Source: Yuukianura sp. NJ FZ-2021
Lineage: Eukaryota
DNA length: 64,000 nucleotides
NCBI GenBank assembly: GCA_046563655.1
Contig: CM102283.1
Span: 3,038,001-3,102,000, forward strand
Direction: 5' to 3'
The notes beneath the pieces were generated by a model, which searched no databases, was not told the origin of the DNA, and was given only the letters and a program-made list of their open reading frames with translations. Below, one piece after another: positions 27,108 through 40,192 of the stretch (position 1 is the first letter of the stretch; every line of letters starts with the position of its first letter). The position numbers and the translations under genes are program-made.

Positions 27108-29876
27108 TTAAGCCTCATCATCATCATCTTCCAGCAGTTTAGCATAAATATCCCTCGGATTAGCTCCTCCCTTTTTCTCTTCTTCCAGTCCTCCTTCCTT
27201 AATCGCTGAATCAGCGTCTGTCGCTGCTGCTTGCTCCGCCTGTTCGTCAAGTACCCCCTTCCAGTCCGCCTTCTCTGTCTCCAAGTCCCCACACAACTGA
27301 GCACACTTGGAGTCCTTGTGACTCATAAAAGTGAACTCGTACATCACTTGGACGAACTTCTGGAGAGCCACAGCGCATGTATTGCAGAGACGACGATCCT
27401 CCTCTCCAGGTTCTCCGATTGGCTCCAGCTTTGATAAGGGGTAGGCCCCTTTGTAGTGAGTATAGAAAGTGTTAAGGGCCTCGTAAATGTTCAAGGGAGC
27501 GTCACCACTCATGATCTGCATGTCCAAAGTCCACTTCTTCATTCTGGAGCTATCAAAAGTCTTAGCACAGTGGAGACATTCACAAGAATAAGACTGTTTG
27601 CTGCCCTTTGGTCTTCCTCTGGCTGGTGCAACATGTTCGCTGCTCTTCGTCGTCGTGGTGACGCTGTCGTCGTGGTCGGAGTCAGGAACGACGACATTTT
27701 TCTTGATTTTGTCAAATTCAGTGTCCGAGTCATGCGCAACAGGAGCGGAATCTGCAGCATCCTCACCACCAGACTAAAATGCATACAAAAAAGTATCAAG
27801 ATCAGTTAATCCACAGCTAAAATGATAATTAACTAATTGATTTTAGATTTTGAGTAATTAACTTTCTTACAGATTCATCCAATTTTTCACTTTTCTTGGC
27901 CACTGCTGGACCAGGACTGTCGTCGTTATTCAGTAGCTTCATCTTCGATGCCGGTCCAGCACGCGGCCTGCCTGGCGGACGCCCGCGTTTGCCTTTCTCA
28001 TCTTTGTAATTAACATGAAACATTAATTGAGATTAATAATAATGTTAATTACTTCCCAATTTTAACTTGAAGATTAACTTACCTTTAGCTTTGACCTCTG
28101 CTTCCTGTTTTGCTTTGTGCTTAGTCTCAAATTCTTCAATCAGTTCAGTACAGTTAAGATTTTCTTTCGGCTCCCAAGTGTTGTGCTCACTACAAAACAA
28201 AAAAAAAACAGTTAAAAATGTGTTCAAAATTGAAAAAGTTCAGAAGTTTTTGGACTTTTTGTTAAGTTTTTTCTTTTGCTGAGAACATCAACATGCAAAG
28301 TATAAAACTTACGGTCCAAATCCCTTCCAAGAGAGGTAGTACATGACTTTTTCTTTCCGAGTGCGCCCTCTACCCACAAAAGTACTTTTCTTATCCAGTA
28401 CTTCTTCAACTGAAAATTCACCTTCATCGTCCTCTTCATGCTCACTCACATCAGACTCCTTTTTCTTGTCTTTCAGCTTGCTCAACGGCACGTCATCATC
28501 AGAGTCGTCCAGGATATTAGACCAACTTGACTTTTTCTCAGTACCGGTTTGGTCATTCTTCTTAGGTGTTTCTTCCGTATCGGAACTCGGTTTCGGTTTG
28601 GCAGAACTGTTTCCGTTCCCTGTCACCAGTGGAGATGCTGCTAACCCCACGCGAGTCTTGGATGCTGGTCCTGGTCTTGGCCTGGGAGGCGTAGAAACGC
28701 CAACGGCAGGAGAACTTTTCACTTTACAAGGCAAAAGACGAGGTAAGACATTGAATAGTTTGGAAAAATGAGTTGAAACTGGTTAAAACGAGTTGAAATA
28801 CAAGAGTTTCAACAATTACCAGGAGCAGGGACGGGTTTGCTATCTGCTACGTCCTCGTCATCTGAAGATCCATAACTACGCTTGGCAGCGCTTGATTTGA
28901 CAACAGTCGCTCTATGCGGTCGGATGACGCCACCCTTGCCTGTAAAAATCAGAAGAAAATTACTTAACTTACTAAAACAAGAAAGTTATGATCCACTTCC
29001 GTCGAACTACACAGTGTTCACAAAGTGGCTGAAAATATCTCACCTTTCGATGACTTGTAATTGTCGGAATCATCTTCGTCCGAAGACGGTTTCTTAATTC
29101 TGGACGTTCCCACTGTTTGTTCAAAATGTTGAGAGAAAGTTAGACACATTTGTACAGTTTTAGTAAAAATTGAATGAAAACAAGCAGTTTTCATTTTATT
29201 TGTAAGTAGTTACGTCGTTTTGGGTTTGACTTTGCTTTTCGCTGGTCGTCACTTCCTGAGTCGTCTTCGGAAGAGGCTTTAGCCGCCTTGAATTTTTTGG
29301 ACGCAGCATTCCTTGTTGGGCGTCCTGCCCGGCCCGGTTTCCTATTACTGCTTCGTTTATAGGCTGTAAATAAGAAACTGTGTTAGCAATAGTTAATTCA
29401 TGTTAAGCACAAAACTTACCCGATGCCGATTCGTCTGATTCTTCATCTGATGATTTACTTCTTCCTACTTTCTTTCCATGAGCTCCCTTTCCTTTGGCTG
29501 TAATACAATTTAACATAAGTTTTAAGCTTGTTTCAACATGATATAAAAGTAGGACATTGTGAACGTACGTCAATTTGAAAAAAATGTCAAAAAACTTACA
29601 CTTGTCAGGAAGGAAGTCGTCGTCTTCAGAATCCGTTACATGCCCGCGCTTTTTCGATTTAAAGCTAATCTTTTCTGTGGAAATTGAAACAAAAGATGGA
29701 TTAGTCGAGTTTAATTAAAGTTTAAATTAAGTTTAACGCAACATACTCCCTCGTCCTCCATCATCGCTGTCGTCACTGTCAGACACATGAGCTAGAGACT
29801 TGTACTTTTTAGCGACGTTGACCTTGACCGGGGTGTCGTCATCCATGTCAATATCGGGAAGATCTTCGTCACTCAT
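27108..29876 (-). CDS. Chromodomain protein with AT-hooks, acidic/basic low-complexity N-terminus and C-terminal ZAD-like C4 zinc domain (about 10 exons)
   Basis: ATG at 29876 (MSDEDLPDID...). Chromodomain EFSVEEVLDKK...VMYYLSWKGFGP|EHNTWEPKENLNC.ELIEEFE, AT-hooks KRGRPPGRPR and ARGRPKGS, and last exon CLHC...LCNTCAVALQKF. The exons join in frame. Confidence 0.82.
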
Positions 29877-30224
29877 TATATGTTCTCAAAATTAATCGTA
29901 CTGCGTTGATCAATTAACTCCTGTCGTGTTTATCCCTAAACAATCTTCCTTCCGCTTCCGTAGCCTGTGAAGTGAAATTGAGCAAAAAATACGTTTACTA
30001 ATCGACCGTCACTCCAAATACTGCATGTAATAACATAAACCTTGTGTTGTCAGTGTCGCCCTGTCGCCTTACCTCAAAAGTAATTAGTGAGATTCCGAAT
30101 TAATTACAATTAAATCCAACTTGATTAACCGTCCGTCAATCTTCCTTCTTCCAAAATCACCGCAAGGTTTGCAAACAAAAGAATTTTTGTGTCAACTGCA
30201 CCGACAGTCTGGTACCTTCGCATT

Positions 30225-31980
30225 CTGGAGCGACCAAATCGCATCTGGGAGCGACCCTGGGTCGCTCGACGCTGCGACTAAAACGCTTCCAGGAGCGACC
30301 GCTTGCGAGAGCCATCTGTTGAATTTGTTACCAAAGCACGGAAAGTCGCTACTGGAAGCGACCAGTCGCAAATTTCTTTCAAGAGCGCTGTTGCCTATAT
30401 TTACTGTGCAGTTTTACATTCAAACCCCATTTTATACATTTTATACTGATTAAAATCACTTTTTTCATTTTAGGTAAACACAATTTTTAAATTTTTTGCG
30501 GATTTTTATCTTAGGTAAAATTTTTGGTAGGGTAACATTGTACTTTCATCGGGTAACTCGGATTTTTTTAAAGCTATTCTTCTGAAATAACTTTGGGACC
30601 CCTGACCATGAAAATATGTCGTTGACCCGTTCTCAAAAATTTCGAATTTTTAGTAAATTTGAAAATTGCAATTTCCACATAATGTCATATGCTAAGTTTT
30701 TCTCAAAATAGTTTTTTTCTTATATTTTATTGACGTTGACGAATTGAAATGAAATGACGAATGTGTTATTATTGACGAATATCAATTAGTAACACAGATT
30801 ATATTAGCGATAATAATAAGATGAATAATTAGGAATACTAAATTTACTATAGCGTAATAAGATTATAATATTCAAAATTCATAATATTCAAAAAAAAAAA
30901 CTCATACGGTCTACGTAATTAGTTTAACATACCAAGGTTGGTAAGCGTAACATATGGTGAGGGTGATGAAGTGGCTCATCTAAGGATTAATATTTAGTTG
31001 ATCTAAGAATAAATTCCAGTTAAAATTACACTAATCTGGTTTAGGAATTTGTTTCGTGCGAATTATTTCATTTATTTGAACACTGGATAACATTGGATTA
31101 TTTTTTTTTAGAATTCAAATTTATTTATTTTCAATAATAATGTTTGCTTTCTTGTACAGTATTCTAAATGCCCCCACACATGTGGCTTTACGCAATTTAG
31201 AATCTAAATTTGTTGGTTGTTGATGATTTTGTTTTTTTTTTATTTTATACCTAGGTACCTAATAATATACTAACTAATTTGAAATACACTAACTAATTTG
31301 AAATACACTAACTAATTTGAAATACACTAACTAATTTGAAATACATTAACTAATTTGAAATACATTAACTAATTTGAAATACTTGGATTAATTCAGGTTA
31401 TAATGAGAGATTAATGCATTGCAACGTTGCCGATTTGTTCCCTGGTTTTAATTCCCGGGTCGCACCAGGCTGCGGCCCGGCCTACCCTAGCTGCGACCTG
31501 CTCGACTTCCCTTCACTTTTTTGAGAATATCTCGGAAACTGCTTAAGCAACCAAAATCTAAATTACTGATTAAAAAACTAGACAAAATTTCCTAAATCGT
31601 GGTACCCTGCTTATGCAAAATAAACGCCTCAAACAGCGAAAATTCGGGGTTTGAAAACGGTTTTTCGAATAACTTTGTAACCGGTCCGAAGGGCAAGAAA
31701 CCCCACGGTGAAAATTTAAAAAAAGTAATTTTCTTTCGATTAAACTAAAGAACTCAAACTTTCACCGGTGGGAAATACGTCCTTAACCCGAAAAACTACA
31801 AAGTCGCTTCCACTTGCGACTTTTCCTAACCTGGCTGCGACCAGGTCGCTGTCAGCTGCGACTAGTCGCTCAGGGAAGCGACTTTTCGATTTGCGACTCG
31901 GTCGCGCCAGGCTGCGAAGGTGCCACAGTGACCGAACGAGACACAAGTCTCATTTTGCCCCCACCATAGCTGGAATTTTC
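30225..31980. mobile_element. Probable non-autonomous DNA-transposon remnant with GCGAC/GTCGC-rich blocks at both ends and an AT-rich core
   Basis: Dense GCGAC/GTCGC motifs at 30228-30370 and 31800-31920 surround an AT-rich interior containing a 19-bp tandem array. No transposase ORF; exact termini unresolved. Confidence 0.45.
31269..31382. repeat. Tandem repeat, 6 x 19 bp (ACTAACTAATTTGAAATAC)
   Basis: Four perfect copies followed by two copies sharing a C>T change (ATTAAC...). Confidence 0.95.
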
Positions 31981-32694
31981 TAGCGACAGACAAGAATGTA
32001 AGTTAATTTGCTTACTTGCGTAAAATATTAACCTAAAATATATATCATACATTTTCTGAAGTTAACTAAAGTTAATGCTGAATTAATATTTTAAATTGAT
32101 TCATTTTGTTAACGTGTTGTCAAATTAAGTCATTCCTTCAGAGTGGTGAAAAGTACATACAAAAGTAACCCTTTGTTGAACGGTACAGAAAGCGGGAGTG
32201 TGAAAATAGGAGGCAAGTTTTAGATTTGAATTTTGCGCCACGCAGGCCACTTGTTTCAGCGTGCCCCTATTGAGCAGTGAATTTCTTAGTACAATAGTGC
32301 TTGTAAACTTAATTATAAATTGTATGTAAATTGTAACAGAAATATTTTGGATTATCTTTTCCTGAAAGCGGATTTTTGAAATTTTGAAAGTTCGTTAGTT
32401 GTAATTAATTTAACATTTAATTAAACGTATACAATTAAAAAGAAGTAGATGAAACAGGATTTGACCTTTATTTTTGTCCTGAATCAATGTGAAGTGGGAC
32501 TTCCAAAGTTCCCAAAATCCAAAAATATTACTGTACGGGACTTTGATCCAATTTCAAAAATTTTGGTCCATGTTTTCAAAAATCCTTCGGACCTTACACA
32601 CGCTTGGATTCAAACTTTTGATGTTCAGTTTCTTTGTGGACTTAAGGGTGTAAGGAAAGTCAAAAATTTCTAATCGCTTCCGAATTCCAAAAAA

Positions 32695-33731
32695 ATGAGG
32701 TAAAAACAATCAAGAGATTTAAGCAATTTTTCTTGCTTGTGTGTAACTTTTACTTTTCATTTTTTAAAAAAAAACTGAAACTTAAAAATTTCAGGATACT
32801 TGTACTTTTGTTGTGCTTGGCTTGTCCAGCACTTGGAGTTGGTCAAGGTTGGGCAATTGACCAACCCCATCGCTACATCATTCTAAACGGAGAGTACATT
32901 GAACTTCCCGTGGAAGAGCGGGAAACTGACAGCCAATCACTGCTCAGCAGTCTCAATCCTATGAACTTATTTCAAAAATTCTGGGATTCGCTGCCATCTC
33001 TTTCGTTTTTGAACCGTCCAGAAGAGCCCAATGCTTCAGAAAACGCTGTGGACACTTCATCTTCTGGAATTGGATTTGAGCATGCGCAAGAATCAGCTCC
33101 AGTGCCCAGCTCCGTGCCATTTTCAAATTACTTTTCAAATCCTGCCGCCTCTCTCCCAATGGCGGGAATCGGAGACTTTTTTGGCTTCGGGGGACTTGGT
33201 GGATTCATGAAGAAAAATTCACATTCCGTGAAGCGCAGAAGCGTCGTGCCTAGAAACATTCCTTCACTTGCTCAGAAGCGACAGACAGAACATACTGCAT
33301 CTACCGGGTCAAAATATTACTACAAGAGCTTGGGTCAAGGCAGTTTCATGCGGTATGAAGTACCCATGGCACATCAACCGAGTCAAGGTCAAAGGGTCAT
33401 GGGACAACCCATGGGTCAAGGTCAAGGGTCAATGAGAGGAGCTATCCCCCCTGGGTCGTACAACCCATATGGGTCAAAGTACAATCCAAAGCTGATACCA
33501 CAGTACACAAAACCATATTTTGTGTCAGGGTCAAAGGTCACGACGACCACTCCCACAACTACGACAGCTTCTGACTTGGAGGATCCCTTCCCTTGTCCAA
33601 AAGTGGGACTTTGGACATATGAAAATGGAATGTGCAGGGCAGTTCAGGCCATGCCACCCTGGGGATGCAAACCCATTGACCTTGCACAGTCAGGGAAACT
33701 GGTCATGTGCAGAGACAAAGTGTTTTATTAA
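32695..33731 (+). CDS. Orphan secreted protein/prepropeptide with a C-terminal 4-Cys module (exons 32695-32699, 32795-33731)
   Basis: ATGAG|gt...tttcag|G gives the signal peptide MRILVLLLCLACPALG. A long open frame follows, with KRR and KR sites, a Thr-rich linker and C-terminal CPKVG..MC..WGC..MC. Confidence 0.7.
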
Positions 33732-34068
33732 AATATTTTATACAATTATATTATGCAACCTTATTTATATTACATAATTAATTTTAACCTAACTTAACCT
33801 TTGAAAATGTAACATTTCTAATTTTTCGTGGCGATAAGAATAAAGTCTCAGCGTGCCCCCATTTCAGAAACTGATTTGAATTAGAGCGGGAAAATTTTCC
33901 AAATAAACTTTTTTCTGCAAATTCAAAAACGACAACAAAATTGCATGTGCTTTTCCTTTTGGTTCCGGTTTTTTGTTGAATTGGCCATTGGTCTTAAAAA
34001 GTTGTTAATTAATCATATTTTAATTAATTGAAGCTGTTAATTAGTTGTTCCGTCGACCAAAGCGTTGA

Positions 34069-34436
<368 letters not shown>

Positions 34437-35018
34437 CATGGAGTATCCAGACACTTTCGGTCAATGTCATACTCTCATCTTGTTCTACTCAACATATTTA
34501 GGACTATTCAGTAGTTTTGGTACTGGATACTTTGTATTTTGATTTACCTTCTACCCGATTTGTGGATTTTCTGGGAAGCCAATTGGATTTTGTAAATAAT
34601 TTATAAACTTTAAACTTATTCTGAGTAGGTCTCTCATCATTGCGTTTCGAAGAGTCTTAAATTAAATCCAATTCCAATTACAATGTTGAGTGTTCGGTTC
34701 TCCGCATTCAAAATGTTTTCCATTCACAAAAAAAATGTACCCGGCAGTATAAAAGCATAACTTTGTTAGGGTAATCGTATGGTTAGAGACCGATGGACTT
34801 CCTTTCCTTTGAGTAAAAATACTTTGCAGCGAAGGAATCACAAACAATGGGACATTTTTAGCCCTTGTATATTTTTAGAGGTTTGGAAAATTTTTTGAAG
34901 AAACGAGCAGATTTTTACCATAGAGCTTCAGACCGACCTAAAAAGTTGGAAGCAATTATCTTGTGACTTTCGAAGTTTTTGAGGTTATTTCATTTTTAGT
35001 GGAGATCCGTTACTGGCC

Positions 35019-35838
35019 ATGACATCCCGTTTTGAAGTAAGTCTTTGACAAATACTTCGATATCAACTTTTAACGTGTGACTTTCTTTTTAATTCAGAAG
35101 ACTGCTACTGCCTTAGTGGTTTGCTATGCAGTTATACCCGTCATCGTCATCTTAGTATCCATACAAATTCGGCCAACTTCGGTTATTTGGTGGATTTTGC
35201 CTTGGAAGGAATTTTGCATCATGCATATGGCTGGCGTAATATTTCTTACCTGTCATGCCATACGCCTCATTCGAAAATCGCGTCGCTTTCATGCTGAAAT
35301 CCGACGCCTCATCCAACTTAGAAATGTAAGTTGCCGGTTCCGTGTTAATACCAAGATTTCTATAGCAACGGAATAGTTGTTGCTTCATAAGGTTAAGCAA
35401 TGCCTCGGTTTTTATATTTTTCCTTCCAAAATTGCAAAAATGAAAAGACATCACGGCAAGACATTCACTCTGATTCACTCTGGGTGAAACGTGGGTGAAA
35501 AAAAATTTTGGAGCGAGATTTTTGGAAAACAAGACTTATTGGTTAACCTTATGAAGCAACCGTTGCTATAGAAAACTTGGTTAATACGGTCAAAATCAAT
35601 TTGGTCAAAAAGTGAGAAGATCGAACATAAAACCTAAGCCTAACCAGAACCTTTGACTTACTAACTAAAAAAAGTATTGGGTGTTTTTTTTTAGTATTTG
35701 TAACGCTTGACCTTTTTACTGTTTGACCATTTTGTCTCCTACGAAGTTTTGCCAACTTTAGTTAAGTGCTTTAGCTTCAATTGCACTAATTTAGATTAAT
35801 TCATTTTCCAGAGATACCGCTGCAGGAAGCGCGGGTGA
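35019..35838 (+). CDS. Small two-TM orphan protein, paralog A (exons 35019-35036, 35098-35325, 35812-35838; 90 aa)
   Basis: Phase-0 GT-AG introns, two hydrophobic segments, an LPW motif and a basic tail RYRCRKRG*. Architecture shared with paralogs B and C. Confidence 0.6.
35340..35589. mobile_element. Palindromic MITE-like element, copy 1 (intron 2 of paralog A)
   Basis: The left arm ccaagatttctatagcaacgg...gcttcataaggttaa is the reverse complement of the right arm ttaaccttatgaagcaac..ccgttgctatagaaaacttgg. Internal ccaaaattg..aaatgaaa.gacatcacggca is shared with copy 2. Confidence 0.7.
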
Positions 35839-36358
35839 CGACGGACCCTGGAGAGGAACAGTTTTCATTTCTTTTGGCACAAAAGTTTTTAGATATTTAA
35901 AGTGGAATTTGACCCGAATGACCCCGACAATGGACTCATCAGGGATGTTATTACTCCTACACCAAAATATTTTATGTAATTTTAAAGATCGACGTTTTGA
36001 TTAAATTTTGAAGTTTGGAAATTCTGAAAGAAGATATTTTTGAAGTTTTCTGTTTACACTTAATTAATAATAATTCAAGTGTTTGTCATGATTCATTCAG
36101 GGCTGCGTTGAAAATTCCAGTGTCATGTGAGATATACTTGATTTCAAGTAATTCACTTTTTAATTATGCTGTCAATTAATCTGAGTTAGATTAATTGATC
36201 AATTAAGTTTAACGTGAGGAAAAAACTTAAGCATTCGATTGAGATTATTAGTGAACCAGCGATAGAGCAGCAAATACCTTTTCATTTTTGCATTTTTTAA
36301 AAAATTTTTTGAAATTTTTAGACATATTCCAAATTTTGAAAAATTTTGAGAAATTGCA

Positions 36359-38893
36359 ATGATTTCCTGGGTGTTGGTAACCGTCGTTACGCTTGTTCTC
36401 GGTTACGTCATTTTTACATCACGAAAAAAATCGGGAAAGGAACCCCCTGGTACGCACTCTATATTTTAATTAAACTAATATAATTAATTAATTTAATTGT
36501 ATATAAATTAACTATTGTATTTTTACTCTAGGGCCTAGAGGACTACCGCTCGCTGGAAACTTGTTTCAGGTGAGCAAAATGCAGCATGTTTCATACACCC
36601 AGTGGGCACAACAGTATGGACCAATCTACAAACTCAACATGGCCAATCAGAAGTAAATTACCAATTTATATTTTAATTATAATTATATATTAATTATAAT
36701 TATATATTAATATATTACATTTTTATTCTTTTGTGGGTGTAGTACAATTATTGTGTCTGACTACAAGATGGTAAAGGAAATATTTTCACAGTCCGTCTTC
36801 AGTGGGAGAATGGAATTTCCACTGTTCGACGTCGCCATGGATGGAAAACTGCATGGTAAGTCATAAATTATATCAAATTTAAATAATTATATCAATATAT
36901 TATAATCATGGTTGTCAAAAATATGTGCCAAAAACCCCCGAAATATTGACTAAAATGTTTGTTTTTTAAATCGTTCAAAGATTTACTTATTTGTCTTCAT
37001 GGAAAAAATATTTCCTTAAAACAGGTGTAATATTTAAATATTAAATATTTTTAATCAAAAACCTTAAAATATTTACATAATTAACATTAAGGCATGGGAA
37101 AATCAATAAACATTTAGTAATAAAATATTTTTTAGTGGCATTACGGGCTTAGTAACTAAATATGTTTGACATGCCTGATTATAATAATTGTTATGTATTT
37201 CAGGAGTCGTCAACACATCGGGACCACACTGGGAGGAACTTCGTCACTTCACTTTGCGTCAACTGCGTGACTTTGGATTCGGCAAAAGTTCGATGGAGGA
37301 GCTGATTATGGTTGAAGTGAACGACTTGATCGAATCGCTGATTGGGCTGGAAGCAGCGCCAGTTTCAAATGCTCGTGATCGACTGCTTGTGGCTGTAGTC
37401 AACTCTCTCTGGTTCATCGTTACTGGACATCGCTACAAACAAACTGACCAGAACATCATCCGCATCACAAGCGAACCCCAGAAGTAATAAAAACTAGCCT
37501 CAAAGTCAAAATTTTGAAAAATTTTACGTTTTTTTAGGTTATTTGACGAAATGTTGGAAAAGGGTGGTGCAATTGCGCTGTTCGTTCCGTGGGCTATCGA
37601 GTGGTTTCCAATGTTATCTGGATACACCAAAATCAAGGATCTTCTGATAAGAATAGTTGACATGTTTAGACAACCAGTCAACGATCATATCAAAACATAC
37701 TCCAAGGATTTCCAAAGGTCAGTTTTTCAAAATTTTCAAAAAATTTCACAATCTGGCAATGGCAATTTCAAAATTTTAATGGTTCCGACCAAAATCTTGG
37801 GAAAAAAACGTTCCTCTTTTATAGAGATTTTGCAGACGCTTACTTGAAAGAAGCTTATGCAACGACCAATCCAAAATCAGCGTTTTATGGAGACCTTGGA
37901 AGTGAGATCTCTGCGTTTTCAAAATGTTCAAAATTTCACGAAAATATTTTCATTTTTTGTTTTGAATTTCGGAAATAGTTGTTAACTTGATAGCTGTTAT
38001 GTTCGACTTGTATTTTGCTGGAAGCGGAACTACTTCGACTACACTTGCTTGGATGTTGGTGTACTTATCCAGAACTACTGAAGTTCAAGAAAAACTTCAA
38101 GCCGAGATTGAGTCGATCACGGGCAACACCCGACCATGCTCAGTTGCTGATCGACCAAAGTAAAACTTCAAAATCTAAAGCCAAACCCCAAGGTTCCTTG
38201 ACAACCAATTTGTATTTTCTACAACAGGTTGTCCAGTAACTCTGGATTTCCCAAAAATCTTGGTCAACAATTTTTGGCATACAAAAATTACCATAGGGAG
38301 TTTTGCTATTTTTTAAACAAACTTTAAAATTTCGCGTTATTGGACAACCTGGTATAGAAAAACATTTTTCTTGTTTACGAACCTTGCCAAAACCTGCATT
38401 TGTAAAAGATAATTTCGTAATTTCCAAATTTTTTTAAACCAGGATGCCTTATACTGAGGCTGTGATTGCCGAAACTCTGCGCATGTCGACTATAACTCCA
38501 CAGGGAGTTCCACATAAGAGTCTCGGTGACACAACTTACTCTGGATATGACATTCCCAAGGACACTGTCATCATTCCCAACGTCTACTACATTCACAACG
38601 ACCCCAAAATATGGGGTGACCCTGAAAACTTCCGTCCAGAACGATTTCTGAGTCCGGATGGAAAAATTTTCAAAAAACATGAAGCTCTGATTCCGTTTTC
38701 AATTGGACGACGACAGTGCCTCGGAGAGTCCCTAGCCAGAGACAGTCTTTTTCTCTTTGGCACAAACATTTTCCAAAGATTTCAAGTCCAATTTGACCCC
38801 AATGGCCCCGACAATGGATTTGAATCCGAAGTTGGCTTCACTCGGAATCCAAAACCATTCAATGTCATTTTCCAAGATAGACACTTGAATTAA
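36359..38893 (+). CDS. Cytochrome P450, CYP2 clan (8 exons)
   Basis: N-terminal anchor, PPGPRGLPLAGN, WEELRHF, ETLR, PERF and heme motif FSIGRRQCLGE. All exon junctions keep frame. Confidence 0.95.
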
Positions 38894-39231
38894 ATTTTGA
38901 AATTTCATTCTCAAACTTCTGAAATTCTGAATTCCCATTTTCTGAAAAATCCCGGCTACGCTTTTCTATTGTTAAAATTTTGAAAAACAAGACAAAAAAG
39001 GTGCTTTAGAGACTGACGGTGGACGTTTTTTTTTTGAAAGAAGTTGAAAACCAAGGGATGAACAACAAAGGGATCCTTTTATATTTTTAGAGTTTCAAAA
39101 TTTTTCAAACAATTTTTTATGAAAGAGCTGCAGACCGATTTGAAAACTTGGAGGATTTGGAGCTGTTGACAAATTTGTGTGACTTTGTGATTCCTTGAGT
39201 AGTTTGTATTTTTTCGGAACTGTCAGTTGCA

Positions 39232-39850
39232 ATGGCCAGGACCAGGTTAATTCTAGTGGTAAGTTCTAAACATTCTTACTAAAAATTCTAAACAACTTGT
39301 GCGAATCAAAAAGTTCCGAAAGTTGCTCAACTCCGGTTCCCGTCTTTATCTTCACTGTTGTCTTTTAAGTTAGTTCCAAATTTTTATGAATTACAAAAAT
39401 TTTGAATATTTTTTTCAGGTTGCTCTGTGTGTATTCGTCATTGTCCAGATCGAGATGAGTACTAAATTCCAACACAACAAGAACTTTTGGCGTGGTTATT
39501 ACTACACACTAATTCTGAGTGGACTAATTTTCGTCGTTGTTCATAAATTCACACTCGGAATTGACGTGCGGATCAGACTACAGCGGGAGATTGAAGATTT
39601 GGATCAACAAATTCAAGCTCTAGACCTTGATGTACGTCAAGCAATGATTCAATTCAGACGCGTAAGTTCCAAAAATTGAAATCCACTTCGTGTTTATTGA
39701 ATTAATGTATTGTAATGTAATGTATAATATATTTCTACATTCTTTTATTTCTTATTATAATTAGTGGTATAAATTAACTTTCGTTCTTGATTCGTAATAA
39801 TTTGTTGTTTGGCTTTTCAGAGGCGCTACAACTGGCGGAAACGGGGATGA
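39232..39850 (+). CDS. Small two-TM orphan protein, paralog B (exons 39232-39258, 39419-39661, 39821-39850; 99 aa)
   Basis: Phase-0 introns, two hydrophobic segments, coiled-coil RLQREIEDLDQQIQAL and tail RRYNWRKRG*. Confidence 0.62.
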
Positions 39851-40192
39851 AAAGAGTGGAAATTTGTATAATGTTTAATTTAAATAAGTTTAGTTGAAGT
39901 ATGAATTATTTTTATTATAATTCTAATAAATTGAAGCGAAGATACACATTAATGTGGCCTATGGAGCAGAGGCCAAGGCTTTTTCAGCCTCCACATACCC
40001 TTAATCATAGGAAAGTGACGTCGACCAGTGCAGAGGGGAAGTTTTGTTCAAAAACATGTTCAAATAGGCCCTTGTTCTGTTTGAACAAAGTTGAGTTTTA
40101 CATTCACTCCAAACTTTGCTGCAGAACCTCTACATTTCTTCATTCTGAACAATCCTTTTCAAGGTCAACTCCAATTTGAACTTTTGAATACC

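Noticed and set aside
27231-28771. Plus-strand ORFs overlapping the chromodomain gene
   Set aside because: Antisense shadows of minus-strand coding exons.
31269-31382. CRISPR array
   Set aside because: Head-to-tail tandem repeat with no spacers.
31924-31970. Transib terminus (CACAGTG heptamer)
   Set aside because: No matching inverted terminus or target-site duplication was found.
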